DNA from: an uncultured Bacteroides sp.
Lineage (GTDB): Bacteria; Bacteroidota; Bacteroidia; Bacteroidales; Bacteroidaceae
NCBI GenBank assembly: GCA_944320865.1
Contig: CALUJC010000007.1
Span: 17,560-81,559, forward strand
Reading direction: 5' to 3'
DNA length: 64,000 nucleotides
Part shown: positions 8,641-17,196 of the stretch, one piece after another
Numbering within the stretch: the first letter of the stretch is position 1
Layout: every line of letters starts with the position of its first letter
Notes under the pieces: generated by a model
What the model was told of the DNA's origin: nothing
The model's database searches: none
The model's input: only the letters and a program-made list of their open reading frames with translations
Position numbers and translations under genes: made by a program

Positions 8641-10272
8641 TCAGAAGCGGACGCTTGCCCCCGCCAGGAAGTTAAACCCTTCGGCGGGATAGCTGGGGTA
8701 GTACTGGTAGTCTTTATTCAGCAGGTTGTTGATGCGGAGGTGCACCGAGAGCCACCTCAGCAATTCATAGCTGCCGCCCAGGTAGAGGTTGGACACGGGG
8801 TCGGCCTTCCGACCGTTGTACTCGTCGCGGGCGATGGCCTGGTAGCCTACGTGCACATGCAGCGGGCTGATGGGGTGGATGTCCATGCGGGCTTCGGCCT
8901 CGACCATGGGCTTGAAGGCCAGTACGTAGAGGTCTTCGCCTTGCTTGGCTGCCGACCACTTGCGGTAGGTGCCCCGGGCGGTGAAGGCGATGAGGCCCTT
9001 GTAGTCATAACTGATTTCCGCTCCGGCATAGAGGTTGTCGGTATTCCAAGTGCCCAGCGCCAGGATGTTGCTGCCGCCGGTGGGGAGGGCTGCATAGAGG
9101 TCGTCTTTCAGGTTCTGGTAGCCGCCGTACAGGTGCAGGTGGAAGCCGCCGAGGGTACCGGTCTTCAGCCCGATGGCGGCGTTCAGTTGCTCGTAGGTGG
9201 CATCGAGCTGGGCGGTGGTTTGCCCGTAGGGGGTGAAGCGCTCCAGGCGGCGGAAGTCGTTTTGCAGCTCGCCGCCCCGGGCTTGCAGGTAGACGGCGCT
9301 CCGGGCAAAGTGGTAGGCGGCATAGACGTCGGGAGACACATCCAGTATGGAGCCGAAACCGAAAGTCAAGTCGGCATGTACGCCCAGCCTGACTTCCCAT
9401 GTTTCGTTATGGAAACTGTAGTAAGGGTTCAAGCCTAACGAGGTATAGTCGGTGTATGCATTGTTCTTATAGAATAGATTATCCATCCCGGCGGCCACCC
9501 CGATGGTCTGCGTGGCAGAGATTTGTCCGGTAACATCGGCTGTGGTGTGTACCAGTACTTCCTGTGCATTGGCAAAGCCCGGCTCGTGCTGTCGCTGGTA
9601 GAACATCAGGTTGGTTTCGGCCTGGAATTGCAGGGGCAGCTCGTCGGTGGTAGAGGCTACGCCCAGGTGGAAATCGCCTGCGGTGAACTTCTGCTTGCGG
9701 TCGGCGGTTCCGGGCAGGAAGTTGAAGTTGCTCAGGTCGAAGTGTCCGGCCAAGTCCATGTCCACCTGGCGGAAGGCATGGCGATAGTCTATGGCGGCAT
9801 GGGTGCGGTAGTAATAAGAATCCCATTCACTTGTGCTGCCGGGGATGTGGAGCGTGCCGTTCATCCCATCCATGCCGAAGGTCAGGTTGAGGCGGTCTTT
9901 GGGGGATAGGCAGAACAGGTAGTTGGCGCGGATGTCGAGGTTGCCGTAGTTGCCATAGCCCAGCCTGAGGTAGCCCGGAGTTGCTTTTGACAGCTTTTGC
10001 CGGCCGGCATAGGCTTGCATGTTTTCGGCGGGGATGTCTCCGGCCGGTTGCAGCCGGTTGTCATATTCCACGGCTTTGGGCTGCACCACGGGGGCTTCGA
10101 CGGCGGGCACGGCGTTGATTTTGGCTGCGTCCCTGATGTTGGGGGCATATTCTTGTTCTACCACCACGGTACGGTTCAATGTAGAGTCTTGTGGTTGTGC
10201 CTGTGCGGCCATTCCTGCCGGGAAGGCGGTCAGTGTTATGAGGATGAAGGTCCGTATCTTTTTCATGTGCAT
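8641..10272 (-). CDS. Outer-membrane beta-barrel protein (TonB-dependent-receptor-like barrel, no plug recognised)
   Basis: Signal peptide MKKIRTFILITLTAFPAGMAAQA (a second in-frame ATG lies at 10266). The sequence is rich in alternating aromatic/polar residues and ends ...FLAGASVRF, the terminal-Phe OMP signature. Confidence 0.65.
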   Translation of the reverse strand: MHMKKIRTFILITLTAFPAGMAAQAQPQDSTLNRTVVVEQEYAPNIRDAAKINAVPAVEAPVVQPKAVEYDNRLQPAGDIPAENMQAYAGRQKLSKATPGYLRLGYGNYGNLDIRANYLFCLSPKDRLNLTFGMDGMNGTLHIPGSTSEWDSYYYRTHAAIDYRHAFRQVDMDLAGHFDLSNFNFLPGTADRKQKFTAGDFHLGVASTTDELPLQFQAETNLMFYQRQHEPGFANAQEVLVHTTADVTGQISATQTIGVAAGMDNLFYKNNAYTDYTSLGLNPYYSFHNETWEVRLGVHADLTFGFGSILDVSPDVYAAYHFARSAVYLQARGGELQNDFRRLERFTPYGQTTAQLDATYEQLNAAIGLKTGTLGGFHLHLYGGYQNLKDDLYAALPTGGSNILALGTWNTDNLYAGAEISYDYKGLIAFTARGTYRKWSAAKQGEDLYVLAFKPMVEAEARMDIHPISPLHVHVGYQAIARDEYNGRKADPVSNLYLGGSYELLRWLSVHLRINNLLNKDYQYYPSYPAEGFNFLAGASVRF

Positions 10273-10310
10273 AAAGATGAATTGTGCGATGGATGAAAAT
10301 ATTCAAACTG

Positions 10311-13300
10311 TCACTCGTTGCCCGAAGGTTGCTGGTTTTCTACTTCTGCCAGTTTCCCAAGGCGTTGCTGTATCATGCCGGCAATGTCGTCGTCTTCCTG
10401 GTAGTTTTGTTGCAGGCTCAGCAGGTATTGGCGTGCATCGAGGTTCTTGCCGGTGGCCATGTAGATGTCTGCCAGCAAGATGAAGCTTCGTGCCAGCCAG
10501 TAGGCATGCGGGGTGCTCTGGTCTATGAAGTCCAGCACTTCCTTTTCGGCTGCGGCATAGTCTCCTGCTTCGTACCAATGTTGGGCGACGAGGTATTTGG
10601 CTTCGGCGCCACGCAGCGTGCGGGTGTCTTTGGCCAGCACTTCCAGGTCGGCAAGGGCTTTAGTGCCGGCTTTCTGGTTGAGGTAGGCTTTGGCGCGGTC
10701 GTATAAGGCCTCGTCGCGTCGTTCGGGCGACAGCTTGCCTTCGGCCAGCAGGGCAGTGGCGGCGTGGATGGTTTCAGTGTCGTCGTGCAGCAGTGTACCG
10801 CAGCGCAGGGCACCCAGCAGGCCCAATTGACGGCGTTCGTCGGTGGTGGCTTTAGCTTGCAGCTGTTTGTAGTCGGCCAATGCTTGTGTATACTCTGCAC
10901 GGTTGAACAGCACTTCGCCGCGCATCAGCAGGGCTTCTTCGGTGTAGGGGCTGTCGGGGTATTCCAACAGTTTGCCGGCGTGTGTCAGCAGGGCATCGTC
11001 GTCCTTCTCTTGCTTGGCGATGACGCACAGACGGTAGTGGGCATCGAGGCCGAAAGCACCATTAGGATAGCTTTGCAGGTAGCGGGTAAAACTATTCTTT
11101 GCGGTGGCGGTTTCTCCCCTCATGTACACCTTTTCGGCGGCAATGTAGGTCAGCGAGTCTTGTTCGTCGGGGTTGAAGTGGATGTTGCCCGGCAGTTGGG
11201 CGGCCAGAGCGGCGAACTCGTCCACGCGGTTGGCATCGACATAGATGGACTTGAGGTCGCGCATGGCCAGCCGTGCTTCTTCGCTGCCCGGATAGCGGGT
11301 AGCTACTTGCTTGTAGGCTTCAATGGCGCGGTCATAGTCTCCTGCCTGGTAATACAACAAGCCGATTTCGGCAGCTGCCTTGCGGCTGACGGGGCTTTGC
11401 GGATACTTGTCTGCCAATTCGCGGAAGGTGGCGATGGCGCGGGCGTTGTTGTTTTCTTGCACGTAGGAGCGTCCTTTTTCGTAAAGAGCGTCCACGTTAT
11501 AAGGCGATTGCGGGTATTTGCTTGCCAGGCGGTCGAGCAGGGCAATCTTGCCGTCATAATCCTTCTGCAGCCCGGCCACCAAGGCCAGTTGGTAGAGTGA
11601 ATAGTCGCCCGAGGCGGCACCCAGGTTTTCGGCCCGTGTGTAGTATTGGCTGGCTTCGGCAAAGCGCCGGTTTTGCAGGTAGCAGTCGCCTATGCGGTTG
11701 CAGGCATCGGCCTGTACGGCGGCATCTTCTTGTTGTCCTGTTTGCAGGAAGCGGAGGAAATGGCTTTCGGCCGTGGCATAATTCTTCTGGTGGAAGGCTA
11801 TGTAGCCCAGGTTGTAGTGGGCAAGGGCAACCATCTTCCCGCTCCTGTCGGTGGTGGTGGAGAGGTAGTTGTTGAAGCACCGGGCGGCTTGCGGCATCTG
11901 TCCCAGCCGGTAGAGGGTTTCGCCCTCCCAATACAGGGCGTTGCAAAGGATGTCCTTGGCCTCATTGCCCAGTGCGGAGGCAGTGGCACGTGCCTGGCGG
12001 AAGCGGTCGAGGGCTTGCGTAAAGTCGGTGTTGGCAAAGGCTTGTGCCCCCAGTTGGAACTGGATGCGCGCCTTGGCGCGCCGTATCTGCGGCGTGGGTT
12101 GCTGAATGCGTTCGATGGACTTGAGGGCGGCTTCGTAGCTGCGGGTGCTCATGTACACGTCCACCAGGTAGCTGCTTACGCGGTCGGCATAGGCGGAGCC
12201 GGGGAAGTCGTTGAGGAACTTCTCGAACACGGTGACCGATTCGCCAAAGGCGGAGTAGGAGGTGTCGTGGATGCAAAGTACGTAGTTGTAGGCGGCTTGC
12301 TCTTTGATGTCCGGGTCGGCATCCGATGCGGCTGCCTGTTCGAAAGCCATGCGTGCCTTGGTCTTGTCGCCTGTCTGCAGGTAGGCAAGCCCCATGTGCA
12401 GGTAGGCGTTTTGGGCAAGGGCATCGTTGCCTGTGGCTGTCACTTTGCCAAGTATTTCAGGTACTTGCGAAAATGCGCCACAGCGGTAACAAGCCATTCC
12501 CTGCATATAGAGGGCATCGCGGCGGGGCGAACCGTCGGCCGTGGCTTGGAGGTATTGCCCGAAGTCTTCCATGGCTTCGCGGTATTTGCCGTAGTGGTAG
12601 TGCGCGCTGCCTTCGATGCGGTGCATTTCGGCGGCATGGGCTTCTTCGGGCCAGGCAGAGAGGTAGTTCTGCGCCACGATTTCCGCCTTGTCGTAGTTGC
12701 GGCGCAGCAGGTAGATTTCGGCTATATAATAGGGCACCAGCTTTTCGTATTTTTCATGGCCTTGCAGGGACAGGAAGCCGTTTAAGGCTTCGTCGTGCCG
12801 CCCTTGGGCGTAGCGGATGTAGGAGAGGTAGTAGGTGCAGTCGTCTTCATGCCGCGTGCCGGTGTTCCGCAGGGTTTCCAGCCAGATGGCGGCTTGCGGC
12901 AGGGCGCCGGTATGCAGGTAGCACAGGGAGAGCCGGAAGGTCATGTCGTCGCGTTCGGCGGGGGGAAGCTGTTCCAGGCGGGCTTGCTGGAAGGTTTGCA
13001 ACGCCTCCTCATAGTTGCCTTCGAAGAACTGTACGGAGGCCATCAGGGCATAGATGCGGTTGGCATGTGGCGTGTCGGGATATTCGCCAAGGAAAGCCTG
13101 CAGCTTCTCCAGGCATTGCTCGTCCCTAAGTTCGTAGGAGGTGCAGGCCAGCATGTAGGCGGCCTCTTGCCGTTGCTGGGCCTGGGGGAGCGGTGCGTTT
13201 TCAGCTGCCGTCTGCCTTAGGTAGGTCTGCAGGGGGGCGATGGCGGCGGTGTAGGCTTTTTGTTGGAACAATGTTTTTCCCTCGCGGTAGAGCCGTTCGG

Positions 13301-13391
13301 GCGAAGCGTCTTTTTCGGGTGTCTGTGCCACGGTGTGCAGGGTGATGCAGCATAGGGCAGCGCAAAGCAGCGGTAGTATTCTGTAGTTCAT
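10311..13391 (-). CDS. Large (1026 aa) secreted tetratricopeptide-repeat protein
   Basis: Start re-set to the ATG at 13391 (MNYRILPLLCAALCCITLHTVAQ signal peptide). The 127-codon upstream extension in the ORF track is Arg/Pro/Gly junk that overlaps the NUDIX gene. TPR-like repeats occur throughout, with many A..Y..G.Y..A...F periodicities. Confidence 0.8.
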   Translation of the reverse strand: MNYRILPLLCAALCCITLHTVAQTPEKDASPERLYREGKTLFQQKAYTAAIAPLQTYLRQTAAENAPLPQAQQRQEAAYMLACTSYELRDEQCLEKLQAFLGEYPDTPHANRIYALMASVQFFEGNYEEALQTFQQARLEQLPPAERDDMTFRLSLCYLHTGALPQAAIWLETLRNTGTRHEDDCTYYLSYIRYAQGRHDEALNGFLSLQGHEKYEKLVPYYIAEIYLLRRNYDKAEIVAQNYLSAWPEEAHAAEMHRIEGSAHYHYGKYREAMEDFGQYLQATADGSPRRDALYMQGMACYRCGAFSQVPEILGKVTATGNDALAQNAYLHMGLAYLQTGDKTKARMAFEQAAASDADPDIKEQAAYNYVLCIHDTSYSAFGESVTVFEKFLNDFPGSAYADRVSSYLVDVYMSTRSYEAALKSIERIQQPTPQIRRAKARIQFQLGAQAFANTDFTQALDRFRQARATASALGNEAKDILCNALYWEGETLYRLGQMPQAARCFNNYLSTTTDRSGKMVALAHYNLGYIAFHQKNYATAESHFLRFLQTGQQEDAAVQADACNRIGDCYLQNRRFAEASQYYTRAENLGAASGDYSLYQLALVAGLQKDYDGKIALLDRLASKYPQSPYNVDALYEKGRSYVQENNNARAIATFRELADKYPQSPVSRKAAAEIGLLYYQAGDYDRAIEAYKQVATRYPGSEEARLAMRDLKSIYVDANRVDEFAALAAQLPGNIHFNPDEQDSLTYIAAEKVYMRGETATAKNSFTRYLQSYPNGAFGLDAHYRLCVIAKQEKDDDALLTHAGKLLEYPDSPYTEEALLMRGEVLFNRAEYTQALADYKQLQAKATTDERRQLGLLGALRCGTLLHDDTETIHAATALLAEGKLSPERRDEALYDRAKAYLNQKAGTKALADLEVLAKDTRTLRGAEAKYLVAQHWYEAGDYAAAEKEVLDFIDQSTPHAYWLARSFILLADIYMATGKNLDARQYLLSLQQNYQEDDDIAGMIQQRLGKLAEVENQQPSGNE

Positions 13392-13423
13392 TGTCTTAAA
13401 GATGCAGTTAGTATTATCAACGA

Positions 13424-13945
13424 CTAAATGTGCAGCCACCGGATGAGGCCCCGGCGGATGGAACCCAGCCCGAAGTCGTCCGGCCGGATGTCGGCAATGG
13501 GCATGAAGAAGGCCTCGGCGGCATCGTCCATGGCGTGGAAGTGCGCGGTGTCGGCCACGGTGCATCGGAAGAACAGGTCGAGCGTGTGCACCTCGAATCC
13601 GGAGTACAGGTAGAGGTTGGGCAGCGAAAAGAGGTATTCGGCCTTCAGTACCTCCAGCCCCGTCTCTTCGCGCACCTCGCGTGCCACGCCCTCTTCGCCC
13701 GTCTCGTTCAGGTCGATGAATCCTCCCGGCAGGTCGAGCGTCCCTTTGGCGGGGTCTTTGGCCCGGCGGCACACCAGAAGTTCATCCCGGTCGTTGGTGA
13801 TGAGGGCCACGGTGGCGGCCGATGAGTTGAAGTAGTACGTAAAGCCGCAATCGGCACACTGCTTCGACTTGAAGTTGTGCACCTCGAAGCGGGGCGAACC
13901 GCACTTCGGACAGTAGTGGAAAAGGGCAAGCGGATGTTGTTCCAT
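13424..13945 (-). CDS. NUDIX hydrolase with N-terminal zinc ribbon
   Basis: Start at MEQHPLALFHYCPKCGSPRF..CADCG (CxxC...CxxC). Nudix box GGFIDLNETGEEGVAREVREETGL is present. Confidence 0.85.
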   Translation of the reverse strand: MEQHPLALFHYCPKCGSPRFEVHNFKSKQCADCGFTYYFNSSAATVALITNDRDELLVCRRAKDPAKGTLDLPGGFIDLNETGEEGVAREVREETGLEVLKAEYLFSLPNLYLYSGFEVHTLDLFFRCTVADTAHFHAMDDAAEAFFMPIADIRPDDFGLGSIRRGLIRWLHI

Positions 13946-14083
13946 TGCAAGGGCGGTGTTGGTTAGTGTATCGGCAGGCAAAGTTAAGATGTTTGGGCGA
14001 ATAACGCACAAAGGTGGCGGTATTTATTTGACGGAGCGGCATTTTTAACCTACCTTTGGGGGCCTTTTAGACTGTTTTGGTAG

Positions 14084-14149
14084 CGTAGTATCGCTACCGC
14101 GCTGGCGTAGTATCGCCACCGCGCTGGGTTTCCAACGCTACCAAGGCAG
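14084..14149. repeat. 3 x 22-bp array, 'tagtatcgctaccgcgctgg' family (locus 1 of 3)
   Basis: The cgc[t/c]acc core recurs at 14092, 14114 and 14136. Units include cgtagtatcgctaccgcgctgg and cgtagtatcgccaccgcgctgg, with the internal dyad ggtagcg..cgctacc. Confidence 0.75.
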
Positions 14150-14206
14150 TAAAGGCATGCTTGCCGGCCGGGCCGGTAAGATGTTGTAAACGCTTGTAAG
14201 ACAGGA

Positions 14207-14917
14207 ATGAAAAAGATGTATGCCCGGATGAAGGGCTGGCTGGAGGCCTTGGTGCGGTTGTTCTTTCCGAGGCATTGCGTGGTGTGCGGCGATTGCCTGC
14301 AGCAGGGGGAGGACGTGTTGTGTATGCGTTGTAGCATCGACATGCCCCGCACGGGCTTCCACCTGCACCGGGACAACGAGGTAGAACGCATGTTTTGGGG
14401 GAAACTTCCCTTGGAGCGCGCTTCTGCCTACTTTTATTATAGTAAGGGAAGCAACTACAGAGGCATCCTGCACCAGTTGAAGTATAATGGCCGGCACGAT
14501 GTAGGCGAAGCGATGGGGCGCTTCATGGCCGCAGAGCTACAGGCGTCGGGCTTCTTCGAGGGAATAGACGTTTTGGTGCCCGTGCCCTTGCACCGGCGTA
14601 AGCAAAAGGCGCGGGGCTACAACCAAAGCGAGTACATTGCACGGGGCATCGCGCAGGTGACGGGCATCGGGGTAGACAGCACTGCGGTGGTACGATTGAA
14701 AAACACGGCCACGCAGACCCGCAAGTCGGCTTACGAACGGTGGGAGAATGTGAGGGAAATATTCGCGCTGCGCCATCCCGAACGTTTTACCGGCAAACAT
14801 CTGTTGCTTGTGGACGACGTGCTGACCACCGGAGCCACCTTGACGGCCTGCGCCGATGCCTTTACGCCCGTAGCGGGTATACGCATCAGCATATTGGCCT
14901 TGGCCTTGGCCCGGTGA
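14207..14917 (+). CDS. comF: ComF-family protein (phosphoribosyltransferase domain)
   Basis: N-terminal Cys-rich region CVVCG...CMRC. PRTase motif LLLVDDVLTTGATL is present. Confidence 0.85.
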   Translation: MKKMYARMKGWLEALVRLFFPRHCVVCGDCLQQGEDVLCMRCSIDMPRTGFHLHRDNEVERMFWGKLPLERASAYFYYSKGSNYRGILHQLKYNGRHDVGEAMGRFMAAELQASGFFEGIDVLVPVPLHRRKQKARGYNQSEYIARGIAQVTGIGVDSTAVVRLKNTATQTRKSAYERWENVREIFALRHPERFTGKHLLLVDDVLTTGATLTACADAFTPVAGIRISILALALAR

Positions 14918-14928
14918 AGGAGGGGCAT

Positions 14929-14963
14929 AAAGCAAAATCGGCCCGCTTCCGTGGAAGCGAGCC
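14929..14963 (-). terminator. Terminator after the tRNA-Asn pair
   Basis: On the minus strand the hairpin is ggctcgcttcc-ac-ggaagcgggcc (one mismatch), followed by gattttgcttt. Confidence 0.5.
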
Positions 14964-14968
14964 GACCG

Positions 14969-15042
14969 CTCTTCGTCTTGGACTTGAACCAAGGACCCTC
15001 TGATTAACAGTCAGATGCTCTAACCGACTGAGCTAACGAAGA
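14969..15042 (-). tRNA. tRNA-Asn (GTT)
   Basis: The reverse complement folds as a cloverleaf: TCTTCGT-TA-GCTC-AGTCGGTTA-GAGC-A-TCTGA-CTGTTAA-TCAGA-GGGTC-CTTGG-TTCAAGT-CCAAG-ACGAAGA-G. Anticodon is GTT. No CCA is encoded. Confidence 0.92.
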
Positions 15043-15071
15043 ATAAATGAATGAATGATACTGAAAGCTTG

Positions 15072-15145
15072 CTCTTCGTCTTGGACTTGAACCAAGGACC
15101 CTCTGATTAACAGTCAGATGCTCTAACCGACTGAGCTAACGAAGA
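15072..15145 (-). tRNA. tRNA-Asn (GTT), identical second copy
   Basis: Same 74-nt sequence as 14969..15042, separated from it by a 29-nt AT-rich spacer. Confidence 0.92.
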
Positions 15146-15170
15146 GTGTTGTTTTTTCTCAAATGCGGTG

Positions 15171-15178
15171 CAAAAGTA
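15171..15178 (-). promoter_or_regulatory. Bacteroides-type -7 box (TAnnTTTG) for the tRNA-Asn operon
   Basis: Minus strand reads tacttttg, 26 nt upstream of the tRNA 5' end. Confidence 0.45.
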
Positions 15179-15334
15179 ATAGGATATTTTGAAATATGCA
15201 ATATCTTTGCACAAAAAAATGAAGAACAGGCCAAAATATTAGGTATATAATGCCCTGATACGTTCGAATGGGACATTTCCGGCGGCCTGTTTTGCCGATA
15301 AGTATAATAATTGACACCTTAATTATCGTAGAAG

Positions 15335-17029
15335 ATGAAAAGAGTACGGAAGATACATGGAATGGTTGCCCTGCTGGCCATCGCTGGCATTTCTGCCGTT
15401 TGTTTGAGCTTCAAAAGCGGGGATGACCGCAGTTTCCAGGTGGCTAAGAACCTGGATATATTCAACTCCATCGTCAAGGAACTGGACATGTTTTATGTCG
15501 ATACCCTCGACCCTAACAAAACCATCCGCACAGGCATCGATGCCATGCTTTATTCGCTGGACCCTTATACCGAGTATTATCCGGAAGAAGACCAAAGCGA
15601 ACTGGAGCAGATGGTAAAGAACTCGTATGGCGGTATCGGCTCGGTCATTACTTGGAACGACAAACTGAAACGTTCCGTCATCTCCGAACCTTACGAAGGA
15701 ATGCCCGCTGCCGAGGCTGGCTTGAAGGTTGGCGATGTGTTGATGGAGATAGACGGGGAAGACCTGGCCGGAAAAAACAACCAGGAAGTCAGCCAAATGT
15801 TGCGCGGCCAGGTGGGCACCAGCTTCAAGCTGACGGTGCAGCGCCCCGGCGCAAAGAAGCCGTTGACGTTCGACATTGTGCGCCGTTCCATCGAGTTGCC
15901 TATCATACCATATTATACTGTATTGGACAACAACGTCGGCTACATCAACCTCAGTACCTTTTCCGGTGAGCCGGCCAAGGAGTTCAAGCGGGCTTTCCTC
16001 GACCTGAAGAAGCAGGGCATCGTCTCCCTGGTCATCGACTTGCGCAGCAATGGGGGCGGCCTGCTGGATGAAGCCGTGGAGATTGCCAATTTCTTTGTGC
16101 CGCGTGGCAAAACGTTGGTCACCACCAAGGGGAAAATAAAGCAGGCAAGCAACACCTATAAGACCTTGCGCGAACCGCTCGACTTGGACATCCCGCTGGC
16201 AGTGCTCACCAGCAGTGTCACGGCCTCTGCGGCCGAAATCCTGGCCGGCTCTTTGCAAGACCTCGACCGTGCGGTGATTGTCGGCACACGCACATACGGC
16301 AAAGGTTTGGTACAGACTACCCGCATGTTGCCCTATGGCGCGCAAATGAAACTTACTACTTCCAAGTATTACATTCCCAGCGGGCGTTGTGTGCAAGCCA
16401 TCGACTATGCCCACCGTAATGCCGACGGCAGTGTGGGCCGCATTCCGGACAGCCTGACCACGGTGTTCCACACGGCGGCCGGGCGCGAGGTGCGCGATGG
16501 CGGCGGAGTGACGCCCGACATCCAGGTAGAGCAGGAGAAGCTGCCCAACATCCTGTATTACCTGGTGGCAGACAACCTGATATTCGATTACGCCACGGAC
16601 TATTGCCTGAAGCATGCCACCATTCCGGCACCCGAGCAATTCACGGTGACCGATGCCGATTATGCCGAGTTCAAGGAGAAGGTGAAGCAGGCCGACTTCA
16701 AGTACGACCAGCAGTCGGAGAAGCTCTTGAAGAGCTTGAAGGAGATGGCCGAGTTCGAGGGCTATCTGGACGATGCCGCCACGGAGTTTGAATCGCTCGA
16801 AAAGAAGCTGACCCATAACTTGGACCGCGACCTCGACCACTTTGCCAAGGACATCAAGGAGATGATTGCCGTGGAAATCGTCAAGCGCTATTACTACCAG
16901 CGTGGCAGCATCATCCAACAGCTGAAAGACGATGCCGACCTGAAGGAAGCCGTGAAGGTGCTGGGCGACAGTGTGCGCTACAAAGAGATATTGAGCGTGG
17001 CGGCCCAGCCTGCCGCCGAAAGAAAGTAG
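15335..17029 (+). CDS. ctp: Carboxy-terminal processing protease (S41 family, PDZ domain)
   Basis: PDZ motif PAAEAGLKVGDVLMEIDG. S41 motifs LVIDLRSNGGGLLDEAV and ASAAEILAGSLQDLDRAVIVGTRTYGKGLVQ. Confidence 0.9.
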   Translation: MKRVRKIHGMVALLAIAGISAVCLSFKSGDDRSFQVAKNLDIFNSIVKELDMFYVDTLDPNKTIRTGIDAMLYSLDPYTEYYPEEDQSELEQMVKNSYGGIGSVITWNDKLKRSVISEPYEGMPAAEAGLKVGDVLMEIDGEDLAGKNNQEVSQMLRGQVGTSFKLTVQRPGAKKPLTFDIVRRSIELPIIPYYTVLDNNVGYINLSTFSGEPAKEFKRAFLDLKKQGIVSLVIDLRSNGGGLLDEAVEIANFFVPRGKTLVTTKGKIKQASNTYKTLREPLDLDIPLAVLTSSVTASAAEILAGSLQDLDRAVIVGTRTYGKGLVQTTRMLPYGAQMKLTTSKYYIPSGRCVQAIDYAHRNADGSVGRIPDSLTTVFHTAAGREVRDGGGVTPDIQVEQEKLPNILYYLVADNLIFDYATDYCLKHATIPAPEQFTVTDADYAEFKEKVKQADFKYDQQSEKLLKSLKEMAEFEGYLDDAATEFESLEKKLTHNLDRDLDHFAKDIKEMIAVEIVKRYYYQRGSIIQQLKDDADLKEAVKVLGDSVRYKEILSVAAQPAAERK

Positions 17030-17091
17030 GAACAACAGCATGGTAAAATGAACGCGCTCGCTCATTCCTTGATGAGTGGGCGCGCTTCATA

Positions 17092-17196
17092 TGAGAGGGT
17101 ACGCTCATGCTTCGGTGAGAGGGTACGCTCATGCCTCGGTGAGAGGGTGCACTCATGCCTCGGTGAGAGGGTGCACTCATGCACCGGTGAGAGGGT
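17092..17196. repeat. 4.4 x 24-bp tandem repeat
   Basis: The tgagagggt core starts at 17092, 17116, 17140, 17164 and 17188. The unit is tgagagggt[a/g]c[g/a]ctcatgc[t/c/a][t/c]cgg. The array ends on the ispG stop codon. Confidence 0.85.

Noticed and set aside
13392-13772. 127-codon N-terminal extension of the TPR protein ORF
   Set aside because: It is Arg/Pro/Gly-rich and overlaps the NUDIX gene on the same strand. A proper signal peptide begins at the internal ATG (13391).
15323-17065. 580-aa ORF on the - strand
   Set aside because: It is antisense to the S41 protease gene (ctp), which carries clear PDZ and S41 motifs.
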